Source of the DNA: Centroscyllium fabricii
Lineage: Eukaryota
Direction: 5' to 3'
Assembly: GCA_051313645.2 (NCBI GenBank)
Contig: JBNRSN020000011.1
Coordinates: 96,224,001-96,288,000 of the forward strand
Length of the DNA: 64,000 nucleotides
How positions within the stretch are numbered: position 1 is the stretch's first letter; every line of letters begins with the position of its first letter. Positions 38,220-50,603 of the stretch are shown in pieces. The notes below the pieces were generated by a model that ran no database searches, was not told where the DNA came from, and was given only the letters and a program-made list of their open reading frames with translations. The translations under genes were made by a program, and so were the position numbers.

Positions 38220-40795
38220 AAGATCCCAAAAGGACTACAGATCACGAACCCACTCAAGTCGACCTACAACACAGACTACGCGGAGAGACTCTGCCGCCGT
38301 ACTTCTTACAAACTCCTCAACCATCTCGTACACCAGCTCTACAGCAGACGCCGCAACCTCGAAACCAGGATGGAGTCCATGTTCTCAGCCTTTGCCCAGG
38401 ACACAGCAGACCAGCTACGAGACACCGCCAAACAGACGAGGCAACGGAACTACACTGCTTACATGCACATCAAGAACAGGAAGCTTGAGAAACTCGGCAT
38501 CACCACCAGCAGCAACCAAGCCTCCACTGGTACCACGGTTGAAACCGCAGGGAAATCCATCGTCAACTTGTCCGACCACACCCTTCAACCAGATGAAATC
38601 GAAGTTCTCAGCCGAGGGCTCAAATTCTGCCCCACCACCAAAATGGACCCCATCGGTCTTGCGGCGGACACAGAGGAATTCATCAGGAGAATAAGGCTTC
38701 CACAGATCCCAAGATGTCAGCGAACCCAATGAGACAATCAATGATCTGGAACAGCTGAGAGGAATCCACAGTGCAGCAACCAAAGAAGAATGAATCAAAT
38801 GGGACTCCTCCAGAGGGCCGCTGCCCTAAGCTGGACATGTATGCTCAAGCTGTCAGGAGATGCATCAATGCCAAATTCATCAGCCGCACTCACAAGACAG
38901 TCCAGAATGTCACCCGAGCACAACGCGACACCATCCGCGCTCCAAGACCAACCGCAACATCGTCATCAAACTGGCAGACAAAGGAGGAGCCATCGTCATA
39001 CAGAACAGAACAGACTATTGCAAAGAAGCATACCGACAACTGGACAACCAAGAACACTACAGACAGCTACCCGCAGATCCGACCAAGGAACACACCCGCC
39101 AACTCAACAGACTGATCAAGACCTTCGATCCAGACTTTCAGGGCACCCAACGTGCCCTCATCCCACGGAATCCCCGCATGGGAGATTTCTACTGCCTCCC
39201 AAAGATACACAAAGCCAACACACCTTGACGCCCTATTGTATCAGGCAGTGGAACCCTATGTGAGAACCTCTCTGGATACATCGAGGGCATCCTGAAACCC
39301 ATCGTACAGAGAACCCCCAGCTTTTGTCGCGACACTACAGACTTCTTACAAAAACTCAGCACCGACGGACCAGTTGAACCAGGAACACTCCTTGCCACGA
39401 TGGACGTATCGGCACTCTACACCAGTATCCCCCACAATGATGGCATCGCTGCGACAGCTTCAGTACTCAACACCAACAACAGCCAATCTCCAGACATCAT
39501 CCTACAACTCATCCGCGACCACAATGTTTTCACCTTCGACAACAATTTTTTTACCCAAACACACGGAACAGCCATGGGGACCAAATTCGCACCCCAATAC
39601 GCCAACATCTTCATGCACAAGTTCGAGCAAGACTTCTTCGCTACACAGTACCTCCAACCAACGCTATACACCAAATACATCAACGACATTTTCCTCCTGT
39701 GGACCCACGGTGAAGAATCACTGAAAAGACTACACGATAACATAAACAAGTTCCATCCCACCATCAAACTCACCATGGACTACTCCTCAGAATCGGTTTC
39801 ATTCTTGGACACACGAATCTCCATCAAAAACGGACGCCTCAGCACTTCCCTCTACCGCAAACCCACGGACAACCTCAGGATGCTCCACTACTCCAGCTTC
39901 CACCCGAACCACGCTAAAGAAGCCATCGCCTATGGACAAGCCCTGCGAATACACAGGATCTGCTCAGATGAGGAGGAACGCGACGGACACCTAGAGACAC
40001 TGAAAGACGCCCTCGTAAGAACAGGATATGACACTCGACTCATCGATCGACAGTTCCGACGGGCCACAACGAAAAATCGCATAGACCTCCTCAGAAGACA
40101 ACTACGGGACACAACCAACAGAGTACCCTTTGTCGTCCAGTACTACCCCGGAGCGGAGAAACTACGCCATGTTCTTCGCAGCCTTCAACGTGTCATTGAT
40201 GACGACGAACACCTCGCTAAGGCCATCCCCACGCCTCCACTACTCGCCTTCAAACAGCCGCCTAACCTCAAACAGACCATCGTTCGCAGCAGATTACCCA
40301 GCCTTCAGGAGAACAGCAACCATGACACCACACAACCCTGCCACAGCAACCTCTGCAAAACGTGCCAAATCATCAGCACAGATACCATCATCACACGTGA
40401 GGACACCATACACCAGGTACATGGTACATACGCATGTAACTCGACCAATGTTGTCTACCTCATACGTTGCAGGAAAGGATGCCCCGGGGCATGGTACATC
40501 GGCGAGACCATGCAGACACTACGACAACGGATGAACGGACAACGCGCAACAATCGCCAGGCAGGAGTGTTCCCTCCCAGTCGGGGAACACTTCAGCAGTC
40601 AAGGACATTCAGCCTCCGATCTTCGGGTAAGCATTCTCCAAGGTGGCCTTCAAGACACACGACAACGCAAAATCGTCGAGCAGAGGCTGATAGCCAAGTT
40701 CCGCACCCATGAGCACGGCCTCAACCATGATATTGGATTTATGTCGCGCTACATGTGACCCCGCCTGACGTAGAGTCATCCAGACTCGAACCATC
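38220..40795 (+). mobile_element. Penelope-like retroelement (RT + GIY-YIG endonuclease), 5'-truncated and defective; open 452-codon segment 39400-40758
   Basis: ADKGGAIV, FYCLPKIHK, DVSALYTSIP, GTAMG, YINDIF (YIDD altered), VVYLIRC…YIGET…GLN; frameshifts and a stop upstream. Confidence 0.95.
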
Positions 40796-40875
40796 TTTGG
40801 CTTGTTCTGCGATTTCATAAGAAAAATCCTTGTTTTTAAAAATCCTTGTGGGATTTTCACAGACAGCAGACTTTA

Positions 40876-42711
40876 ACATAAGAACATAAGAAATAGGAGC
40901 AGTAGGCGGCCAATCGGCACCTCGCGCCTGCTCTGCCATTCAACAAGATCATGGCTGATCTGATCCTAACCTCAATTTTATCTTTACTCTCCACCCGCCC
41001 AGACCCATGTGATCACCTGGGAGAGGCGAAAAACCAGATAAAAAACCCAGTGGCCAATTTGGGAGAAAAAAAATCCGGAAAATTCCTCTCCGACCCATCT
41101 AGGCGATCGAAAACTGGTCCAGGAGATCACATGGCCGATCTGAACCTAGCCTCACGTCCACTTACCTGCCCGCTCACCATAACCCCTAATTCCCTTTAAT
41201 TCCAGGAAACTGTCTATCTCAGTTTTAAATTTATTCAACGTAGTAGCTTCCACAGCTCTCTGGGGCAGCAAATTCCACAGCCCCACCACCCTCTGAGTGA
41301 AGAAGTTTCTCCTCATCTCAGTTTTGAAATGGCAGCCCCTTATTTTAAGATTATGCCCCCTAGTCCTAGTTTCACCCACCATTGGAAACATCCTCACCGC
41401 ATCCACCCGATCAAGCCCTCTCACAATCTTATATGTTTCAATAAGATCGCCTCTCATTCTTCTGAACTCCAATGAGTAGAGGCCCAATCTACTCAGCCTC
41501 TCGTCATAGGTTAGCCCCCTCATCCCCGGAATTAACCTGGTGAACCTTCTCTGAACTCAAGAGCAAGTATGTCCTTTCTTAAATAGGGATACCAGAACTG
41601 CACGCAGTATTCCAGGTGTGGTCTCACCAATACCCTGTACATTCTGTTGGCCTTCCTTACCACCTGCTGCACCTGCATATTAACTTTTTGTGTTTCCTGC
41701 ACCAGGACCCCCAGATCCCTTTGCACTGAAGTACTTTCCAGTTCCTTTCCATTTAGATAATAACTTGCTCTATTATTTTTCCTGCCAAAGTGCATAACTT
41801 CACATTTTCCAGTATTATACTCCATCTGCCAAATCTCTGCCCACTCACTTAGCCTATCTATGTCCTTTTGCAGGTTAATGTCCTCCTCATTCATCACCCT
41901 CCCTCCCATCTTTGTGTCATCCGCAAACTTTGATATGTTGCACTTGGTCCCTTCTTCCAAATCGTTAATATAGATTGTAAAGAGTTGGGGTCCCAGCACC
42001 GACCCTTGCGGAACACCACTAGTCACTGACTGCCAGTCTGAGAACAAACCATTTATCCCAACTCTCTGTTTTCTGTTAGAAAGCCAATCCTCCACCCATG
42101 CCAGAATATTACCCCAACCCCGAGATTTTTTATCTTGAGTAATAATCTTCTGTGGGGCACCTTGTCAAATGCCTTTTGGAAGTCCAAATACACCACATCC
42201 ACTGGTTCCCCTTTATCCACCCTATATGTTATGTCCTCAAAGAACTCTAGCAAATTTGTCAAACATGACTTCCCCTTTGTAAAACCATGCTGACTTTGTC
42301 CTATTAAATGGTGTTTATCCAAATGCCCTGTTACTGTTTCCTTAATAATAGATTCTAACATTTTGCCAACCACAGATGTTAGGCTAACTGGTCTATAATT
42401 TCCAGCCTTCTGTCTATTACCCTTTTTAAATAAGGGCGTTACGTTAGCAGTTTTCCAATCTGCCGGAACCTTTGCCGAGTCCAGAGAGTTTTGAAAAATT
42501 ATTACCAACGCATCCACAATCCCTACCGCCACCTCCTTCAAGACCCTAGGATGTAAGCCATCAGGTCCAGGGGATTTATCCTCCTTAAGTCCCATAATTT
42601 TCCCAAGTACCACCTCCTTAGTGACTTTAATCGTAATTAGCTCCTCCCCCCCTAGAGCCACCTGTTTATCCAATGTTGGGATATTTTGAGTGTCCTCCAC
42701 TGTAAAGACTG
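40876..42711 (-). mobile_element. CR1 LINE 3' 1.8 kb (subfamily with structured UTR insert)
   Basis: RT motifs and tail matching 1-413. Confidence 0.95.
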
Positions 42712-42985
42712 TAACATTTGACCCTTTGTGACTGCACCCTTTGATCTCAGGCTGACTGATATGTTAGAACACCTTTGATTGCTTTGATGTCCCTCAGCTG
42801 AGGTGTGATGTCAAACAGCTGGAGAGACCACATTGTTCTCTCTCAGCATATATATATATATATATATATAATGTTTAAATGAATCTCGACACTTCACCTG
42901 AGGAAGGAGCAGCGCTCCGAAAGCTTGTGATTTAAAATAAAACTGTTGGACTATAACCTGGTGTTGTGTGACTTCTTGCATTTAT
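42712..42985 (+). mobile_element. Penelope terminal repeat (pLTR) fragment
   Basis: (TA)n, hammerhead motif, AATAAA and TGTTGGACTATAACCTGGTGTTGTG end. Confidence 0.75.
42894..42930 (+). ncRNA. Minimal type I hammerhead ribozyme of a Penelope-like element
   Basis: TCAC-CTGAGGA-A-GGAGC-AGC-GCTCC-GAAA-GC-TT-GTGA: catalytic core, stem II, stem I and palindromic AAGCTT in place of stem III. Confidence 0.75.
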
Positions 42986-42991
42986 CGAACA

Positions 42992-44005
42992 AAAGGCAGA
43001 GAGTTGGGATAAATGGGTCATTCTCAGACTGGTAATCGGTAACGAGTGGTGTTCCGCAGGGGTCAGTGCTGGGTCCCCAGCTCTTTACAATTTATATTAT
43101 CGATTTGGAGGAGGGAACCGAGTGTAACAGATCAAAGTTTGCAGATGATACTAAGATGGGAGGGAAAGTGGTGAATGAGGAGGACATAAAGAACCTGCAA
43201 GGGGACATAGACAGGCTAAGTCAGTGGCAGAGATTTGGCAGATGGAATACAATACTGGAAAGTGTGAGGTTATGCACTTTGGCAGGAAAAATCGTAGAGC
43301 GGATTATTATCTTAATGGCAAGAAACTGGAAAGTACTGTAGTACAAAGGGATCTGGGGGTCCTGGTGCACGAAACTCAAAAGGTTAGTATGCAGGTGCAG
43401 CAAGTGATTAAGAAGGCCAATGGAATGTTGGCTTTCATTGCTAGGGGTATAGAATATAAAAATAGGGAGGTATTGCTTCAGTTGTACAAGGTATTGGTGA
43501 GACCGCACCTGGAATACTGCATACAGTTTTTGGTGTCAATACTTAAGGACATACTCGCTCTCGAGTCGGTACAAAGAAGGTTCACTCGGTTAATCCCAGG
43601 GATGAGGGGTTGGACATATGAGGAGAGGTTGAGTAGATTGGGACTCTACTCATTGGAGTTCAGAAGAATGAGGGGCGATCTTATTGAAACATATAAGATT
43701 GTGAAGGGGTTGGATCGGGTGGATGCGGGGAGGATGTTCCCAATGATGGGTGAAACTAGAACTAGGGGGCATAAACTTAGAATAAGGGGCTGCTCTTTCA
43801 AAACTGAGATGAGGAGAAACTACTTCACTCAGAGGGTAGTAGGTCCATGGAACATGCTGCCCCAAAAAGCTGTAGAAGCTACTTCATTACATAAATTTAA
43901 AACAGAAAGGGATTAAAGGTTACAGGGAGCGGGCAAGAATTTGGACATGAGTCTAGGTTCAGATCGGTCATGGTCCTGTGGGTAGTGGAGCAGGCCCAGG
44001 GACCG
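42992..44005 (+). mobile_element. CR1 3' region ending at an assembly gap
   Basis: RT C-terminal motifs; near-identical to the reverse complement of about 47877-48890. Confidence 0.93.
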
Positions 44006-44205
44006 NNNNNNNNNNNNNNNNNNNNNNNNNNNNNNNNNNNNNNNNNNNNNNNNNNNNNNNNNNNNNNNNNNNNNNNNNNNNNNNNNNNNNNNNNNNNNNN
44101 NNNNNNNNNNNNNNNNNNNNNNNNNNNNNNNNNNNNNNNNNNNNNNNNNNNNNNNNNNNNNNNNNNNNNNNNNNNNNNNNNNNNNNNNNNNNNNNNNNNN
44201 NNNNN
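44006..44205. other. Assembly gap (200 N)
   Basis: Run of N. Confidence 1.
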
Positions 44206-44285
44206 GAATGGACCAGGAATATTCAAGAAAAAAATTGAGCCGACGGTGAGGCTCGATGGGAATATTTTTAAAATCAATATTTGTA

Positions 44286-45001
44286 CAGGTTGAGCACCGT
44301 TAATCCGTGTCCCGAATAGCCGGCAGCTTCAGTCTGCCGGCACAAATTGCCCCGACTGCACTGCGCATGCGCAAAATGGCAGCCCCCATCGTGGCTTCAG
44401 CGAATGATCTGCGCATGCGCCGAGCGCATGCGCAGATCATTCAAAACAGCTGCGGGTGTTTTGAATGATCTGCGCATGCGTCACCGGCCGGTTAGCGCAT
44501 GCGCAGATAATTCAATACGGCCGCCCGTTATTTTCTCGACAGCTGAGCCCCGTGACTGAGGCGGACAGTCACTAGGCAACAGCTGTCAGCCTGAGTCCCG
44601 CTCGGCGGCAGCAGCAACCCCAAAGGCGATAATGCGGAGGTGCCTGTGTTGGACTGGGGTGGAGAAATGCAAAAAGTCACACAACACCAGGTTTAAAGTC
44701 CAACGTTTTATTTTAAATCACAAGCTTTCGGAGCTGCGAAAGCTTGTGATTTAAAATAAAACGTTGGACTTTAAACCTGGTGTTGTGTGACTTTTTGCAT
44801 TTGTCCAAAGGCGATGGAGAGGGATGGCGGACCCGGGCCCGATCTGCGCATGCGCGCGCCGGCGAATCGCAATGCCGCGCGCATGCGCGCGGCCATTTTG
44901 ACTGGCGCGCATGCGCAGTGTCCAAACTCGTTCTCCCGGTTTTTTCCATTTCCCGGCACGGGCCTGGTCCCGCCCGTGCCCGATTAACGGTGCTCAACCT
45001 G
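44286..45001. mobile_element. Tigger-like NRF1-motif MITE, copy 5 (X-box cargo plus nested Penelope hairpin)
   Basis: TA|CAGGTTGAGCACCGTTAATC…GATTAACGGTGCTCAACCTG|TA. Confidence 0.93.
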
Positions 45002-46719
45002 TATTGCTTTGTTACTGTGAGTTGTGTTGAAGAGGATGCTGGGGAAGAGGTTGAGGCCATCCATCTGTGTAATTTATTTCGATTGTTGGGAGTGGGTCGC
45101 AGTGGGCAAAAATGTTAGCTAGGGAATTAGCTCTTAACTCCCATTAATGTCACCTTACCTCCATGATATTCCTCACTGATTCCGAATATTCCTCTTTGCT
45201 TTCATCCACATTTGTAATGTCTAGCTGTGGCTACAGAACACATGCCACTTAACATCCCCATCTGCTTGTCCAATATTACCCTGTACTTGTCACCTAGAAT
45301 GTGTTGTTCTACTACGCCACTGTGCCCCTCTGGTGCCTGGTTGACCCAAATAAGTAATATTTTCGATTAGTACATAAAATTTCACATCATTGTCTCCATA
45401 TTGCTGGACTTCCTAATCCCTATTCCTTGCCCATTATCACCCCATCTTTCGTAATATGCCCTATTCCCTTAAACTGTCGCCACCTGCCCAGCATGAGAAC
45501 GCGTCCCCCCTATGGTGCCCTTGTGATCCTTTGCGGGCTTGCAAGATCTCCCTCTACCCCTTGCTTCCCAACATCTATTGCCTCCTCAGTCACCAACATC
45601 CCCTCTCAGCTATACTTGCCTGAGCCAAGTAATTTTTTTGCTGAAACTGGGCAACATGCAATAGACTTCGGGAACAAATGAAAGATGGAGCAAGCCCCAA
45701 ACATTACAGGAATGAGATTGAACAGGTGAGAGGTGGTGCAGCGAGTGGATTGCCTTGATGAAAAGTGCTCAGCGGGTGACAAGGCCTGAGGAGTTAAAAG
45801 AGCTGGGAGAACTGCTGTTGGGCTTGGGCTGGAAGATGATAGTACACTCAAGCCCATTGCGCTCAGACACCAGACAGCAGGAACAGAGCACTGGCAAGGA
45901 GAGGGGCTTAGAATGGGTTGACAATCAAAGAACAGGAAGATTAAACAGAGCCACTAAGGAAAAGACAGAGTAGGACCGTCAGCATGAGCTTCACAAGGAC
46001 AATCTCAGAGTTGGAAAAAAAAGTTGGGGAGGACAGAACCAGAACAGCATTCTCTGTACTTTAGTAATACAGCCTGTAGTGCCATTTCAGTAAGAATCAT
46101 AGTTAGCTGCATACGAAAGCCACACTTTAGAAGCCAGAGATGTTTAACCACACAGTCTTGCAGTGTACATTCAGGACAGTGCAGCGCTGCAAAAACTGGA
46201 AAAGAACACTTCAGGTGGTGATCTGTAACTATTTACTGCTGTCTGTAGCTTTTGTCGGGGAAGCACACTACAGCAGAGGATGTCCATTTACCGTCAGCAG
46301 CAGCAAGCGATCGACTAGCACAAATGGTGGATTTCACAATTCTGCACCAAGGCTCTTCATAGCCTCGCCCTCCTAACCCATTCCCAATTCTGGCCTCTTG
46401 TGCATTTACACCCACCCACTTACTCTATTTAAAAGTATATAAATATCCACTTAACCCAAGGTTTGTAGTAATACATTTTCCTATTGCATTTTTGAGCCAA
46501 GCCCTAAAAATCACTTAGAAAAGGAGAAAGTGGCTACACTGTTAATACATTGCAGGAGATCACAGGCTGGAAAACTTCCAATTTTAAATTGAGGAATGGA
46601 AGAAAGCCTTTACAATCCCAGAGAACACTGAAACCAAACATTGAAACCAAATCACCTTCTGATATATTCCTTTAAACAGAAAGTACTGAATCTAAAGCAC
46701 TACAGTCCTTTCAGTATTA

Positions 46720-47432
46720 CAGGTTGAGCACCGTTAATCCGCGTCCCGAATAGCCGGCAGCTTCAGTCTGCCGGCACAAATTGCCCCAACTGCACTGCGC
46801 ATGCGCAAAATGGCAGCCCCCATCGTGGCTTCAGCGAATGATCTGCGCATGCGCCGAGCGCATGCGCAGATCATTCAAAACAGCTGCGGGTGTTTTGAAT
46901 GATCTGCGCATGCGTCACCGGACGGTTAGCGCATGCGCAGATAATTCAATACGGCCGCCCGTTATTTTCTCGACAGCTGAGCCCCGTGACTGAGGCGGAC
47001 AGTCACTAGGCAACAGCTGTCAGCCTGAGTCCTGCTCGGCGGCAGCAGCAACCCCAAAGGCGATAATGCGGAGGTGCCGGTGTTGGACTGGGGTGGACAA
47101 ATGCAAAAAGTCACACAACACCAGGTTTAAAGTCCAACGTTTTATTTTAAATCACAAGCTTTCGAAGCTCCGAAAGCTTGTGATTTAAAATAAAACGTTG
47201 GACTTTAAACCTGGTGTGTGACTTTTTGCATTTGTCCAAAGGCGATGGAGAGGGACGGCGGACCCGGGCCCGATCTGCGCATGCGCGCGCCAGCCAATCG
47301 CAATGCTGCGCGCATGCGCGCGGCCATTTTGAATGGCGCGCATGCGCAGTGTCCAAACTCCTTCTCCCGGTTTTTTCCATTTCCCGGCACGGGCCTGGTC
47401 CCACCCGTGGCGGATTAACGCTGCTCAACCTG
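46720..47432. mobile_element. Tigger-like NRF1-motif MITE, copy 6 (near-identical to copy 5)
   Basis: TIRs and TA flanks; flanking DNA differs from copy 5. Confidence 0.93.
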
Positions 47433-47704
47433 TATAAGCATTTAAACTGTAACTGGAAAGTTGACTGAAGAAACCCAAACATTGGACTGTTAGGACTGCA
47501 AAAGATTGAATCGTTTCAAACATCTGCCCTTAAATTCTGTAAGTACTCCATTTCTTTCACATCAAAATTTGACAGAACTGCAATACATTTGGTAAAATTC
47601 TAATACTCAATTGAAATGCATACCACTCATCACCCTGCAGGCAGATATGATAATGGATTATGAAATCAGCCTTGTTGGTGACTTCACAGAATTTCATAAC
47701 AGCT

Positions 47705-49162
47705 ACATAAGAACATAAGAAATAGGAGCAGGAGTAGGCCAATCGGCCCCTCGAGCCTGGTCCGCCATTCAATAAGATCATGGCTGATCTGATCCGAACC
47801 ATCAATCTACTATCACAGAACCATCTCCTGAATCTAACAGAATTAGACACCCGAAATAGGAGCAGGATCAGGCTATACGGTCCCTGGGCCCGCTCCACTA
47901 CCCACAGGGCCATGACCGATCTGAACCTAGACTCATGTCCAAATTCCTGCCCGCTCCCCGTAACCCTTAATCCCGTTTACTACTAGGAAACTGTCTATTT
48001 CTGTTTTCAATTTATGTAATGATGTAGCTCTACAGCTTTTTTGGGCAGCATGTTCCATGGACCTCTGAGTGAAGTAGTTTCTCCTCATCTCAGTTTTGAA
48101 AGAGCAGCCCCTTATTCCAAGATTATGCCCCCTAGTTCTAGTTTCACCCATCATTGGGAACATCCTCCCTGCGTCCACCCGATCCAACCCCTTCACAATC
48201 TTATATGTTTCAATAAGATCGCCCCTCATTCTTCTGAACTCCAATGAGTAGAGTCCCAATCTACTCAACCTCTCCTCATATGTCCAACCCCTCATCCCTG
48301 GGATTAACCGAGTGAACCTTCTTTGTACCGACTCGAGAGCGAGTATGTCCTTTCTTAAGTATTGACACCAAAAATGTACGCAGTATTCCAGGTGTGGTCT
48401 CACCAATACCTTGTACAACTGAAGCAATACCTCCCTATTTTTATATTCTATCCCCCCAGCAATGAAAGCCAACATTCCATTGGCCTTCTTAATCACTTGC
48501 TGCACCTGCATACTAACCTTTTGAGTTTCGTGCACCAGGACCCCCAGATCCCTTTGTACTACAGTACTTTCCAGTTTCTTGCCATTAAGATAATAATCCG
48601 CTCTATGATTTTTCCTGCCAAAGTGCATAACCTCACACTTTCCAGTATTGTATTCCATCTGCCAAATCTCTGCCCACTTACTTAGCCTGTCTATGTCCCC
48701 TTGCAGGTTTTTTATGTCCTCCTCCCTCACTACTTTCCCTCCCATCTTAGTATCATCTGCAAACTTTGATATGTTTACAATCTATAGATTGTAAAGAGTT
48801 GGGGTCCCAGCACTGACACCTGCGGAACACCACTAGTTACCGATTGCCAGTCTGAGAATGAACCATTTATCCCAACTCTCTGCCTTCTGTTAGATAGCCA
48901 ATCCTCTATCCATGCCAGAATATTACCCCCAATTCCGTGATTTTTTATTTTAAGCAATAATCTTGTGTGGCACCTTGGCAAATGCCTTTTGAAAGTCTAA
49001 ATACACTATGTCCACCGGTTCCCCTTTATCCACCCTATATGTTACTTCCTCAAAGAACTCCAACAAATTTGTCAAACAAGACTTCCCCTTCATAAAACCA
49101 TGCTGATTTTGTCCTATTAAATTATGTTTATCCAAATGTCCTGTTACTGTCTCCTTAATAAT
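47705..49162 (-). mobile_element. CR1 3' region with doubled tail
   Basis: 270-aa ORF2 C-terminus at 47933-48745 and two tail modules. Confidence 0.95.
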
Positions 49163-49385
49163 CTACCACCATTCAGTAGCCAAGAAAGTAAAACGCTCAC
49201 AAAGATCAAAAAACACTCGCACTCTGCTTTTCACCAACAAACAGGCAAGTCTTGAGATTACATGCTCAACAATGGTGTCCATTGCTCATTTGTTAAATTA
49301 TCAGAAAAGCAATTAGCCACATCTGGATTCCCAATTAGCCACATGTGGCTAGCGACCAACATATTGGACACAGTTCCATATAATT

Positions 49386-49542
49386 GAAATAAAAACAAAA
49401 AATGCTGGAAATACTCAGCAGGTCAGGTAGCATCTGTGGAAGACAGAAACAGAGTTAACGTTTCAGGTCATGGACCAGAAACATTAACTCTATTTTCTGC
49501 TTTATGTCAGATTTCCAGCATCTGCAGTATTTTGCTTTTCTG
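49386..49542. mobile_element. Short Penelope-derived inverted-repeat remnant
   Basis: AAATGCTGGAAATACTCAGCAGGTCAGG…AGAGTTAACGTTTC / GAAACATTAACTCT…TTTCCAGCAT. Confidence 0.6.
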
Positions 49543-49684
49543 TATAATTGAATATTGCTTTGTAACCTGAAAAATAAATGATATGATGATAATGTTCAAT
49601 ATTTAAATTCTGCCAGCCTGTTAGTTCTCCATTGTGCAAATACTGCACACTGTTACCTCAATAATAAGATCTTCCTTTGCTTAC

Positions 49685-49830
49685 TTGCTTATTCAGCTCT
49701 GTGATGTTGGTCCATATTTTGCTAATCCCTCTGTCTCCAGTGTCTATGTTGATAAGGTCCTTCTGGACTGCAAGAAGGTCTTCACTTAGCTTTGGAATGT
49801 CACTAAACGAGGCCTTTTGACTAGATTCCA
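49685..49830 (-). CDS. EFCAB14: EFCAB14 exon (approximately human exon 3)
   Basis: ESSQKASFSDIPKLSEDLL…GISKIWTNITELNKQ vs recalled human ESNQKSSFQEIPKLNEELL…GLNKVWINITEMNKQ; 146 nt, phase 1 to 0. Confidence 0.96.
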
Positions 49831-50603
49831 CTACAAGGATAAAAAAAAAATCCAGTTTTAAGACTAAAACATGCAGAAATGCAAAACTGTATAAAGAGTA
49901 CAAGATAAAAAGAATTAAAATGTCCTTGTTTAAATCAGTTCAAATTCTTAAGTTTGATTTTTTTTTTTTTTTTTTTTATAAAAGATTTACTCCATATCTG
50001 CCTTGGGAAAAAAAAAACAACTAGGTCATCCCAATGAAAAATTGAAAAACTGGATGATGCAGTGGATTAAATGCTGGCTTGCATCTCAGATATAGATTCA
50101 AATCCAATATAATTGGAATGAAAATCTCCTATCTGTTGACTACAAGTTCTTTTGTGGCACCTAAATGGAGACTTGGGTAGGTAGTCTCAATTTAGGTGCC
50201 AAAAGCCATGGAGTCATTCCATAAAAATGCTAATTTGGCAATATTTGTCTCTCATTCAGAGATGGTTGTGTAGGAAATAGAAAAATGCCACAATCATAAC
50301 ACTGGTGCAGAAGGGGAGGTTTTTCCTGAGCTTGGAGTTGAGACATATTCTTCAGGGAGTGTAACTGTGCTATCCTCTACATCTAAATATGGAAATACTA
50401 ATGGAAGTGTTGCAGTCCTCAGTACTAAAAGTTCCCACACCTTGATCAACGTTAAAAAGTAAAATAAACTTGCCTGTAATACATGATATGTATTTAAAAC
50501 TACAAGGACCAGACCTATCTATATTGCACAATGTACCATACGTGGCAATTATTTAAAAAATGCTTTAATCAGAACTTTACACCAAAATTGATACTTGCCA
50601 ATA

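Noticed and set aside
38079-38732. CR1-Penelope fusion ORF
   Set aside because: Insertion junction at about 38220; both partners are broken.
39400-40758. Penelope ORF as an active or domesticated gene
   Set aside because: Upstream frameshifts and stop, and the catalytic YIDD motif reads YIND.
45120-46110. Possible coding sequence between MITE copies 5 and 6
   Set aside because: Only short ORFs; looks like decayed retroelement sequence that cannot be classified confidently.
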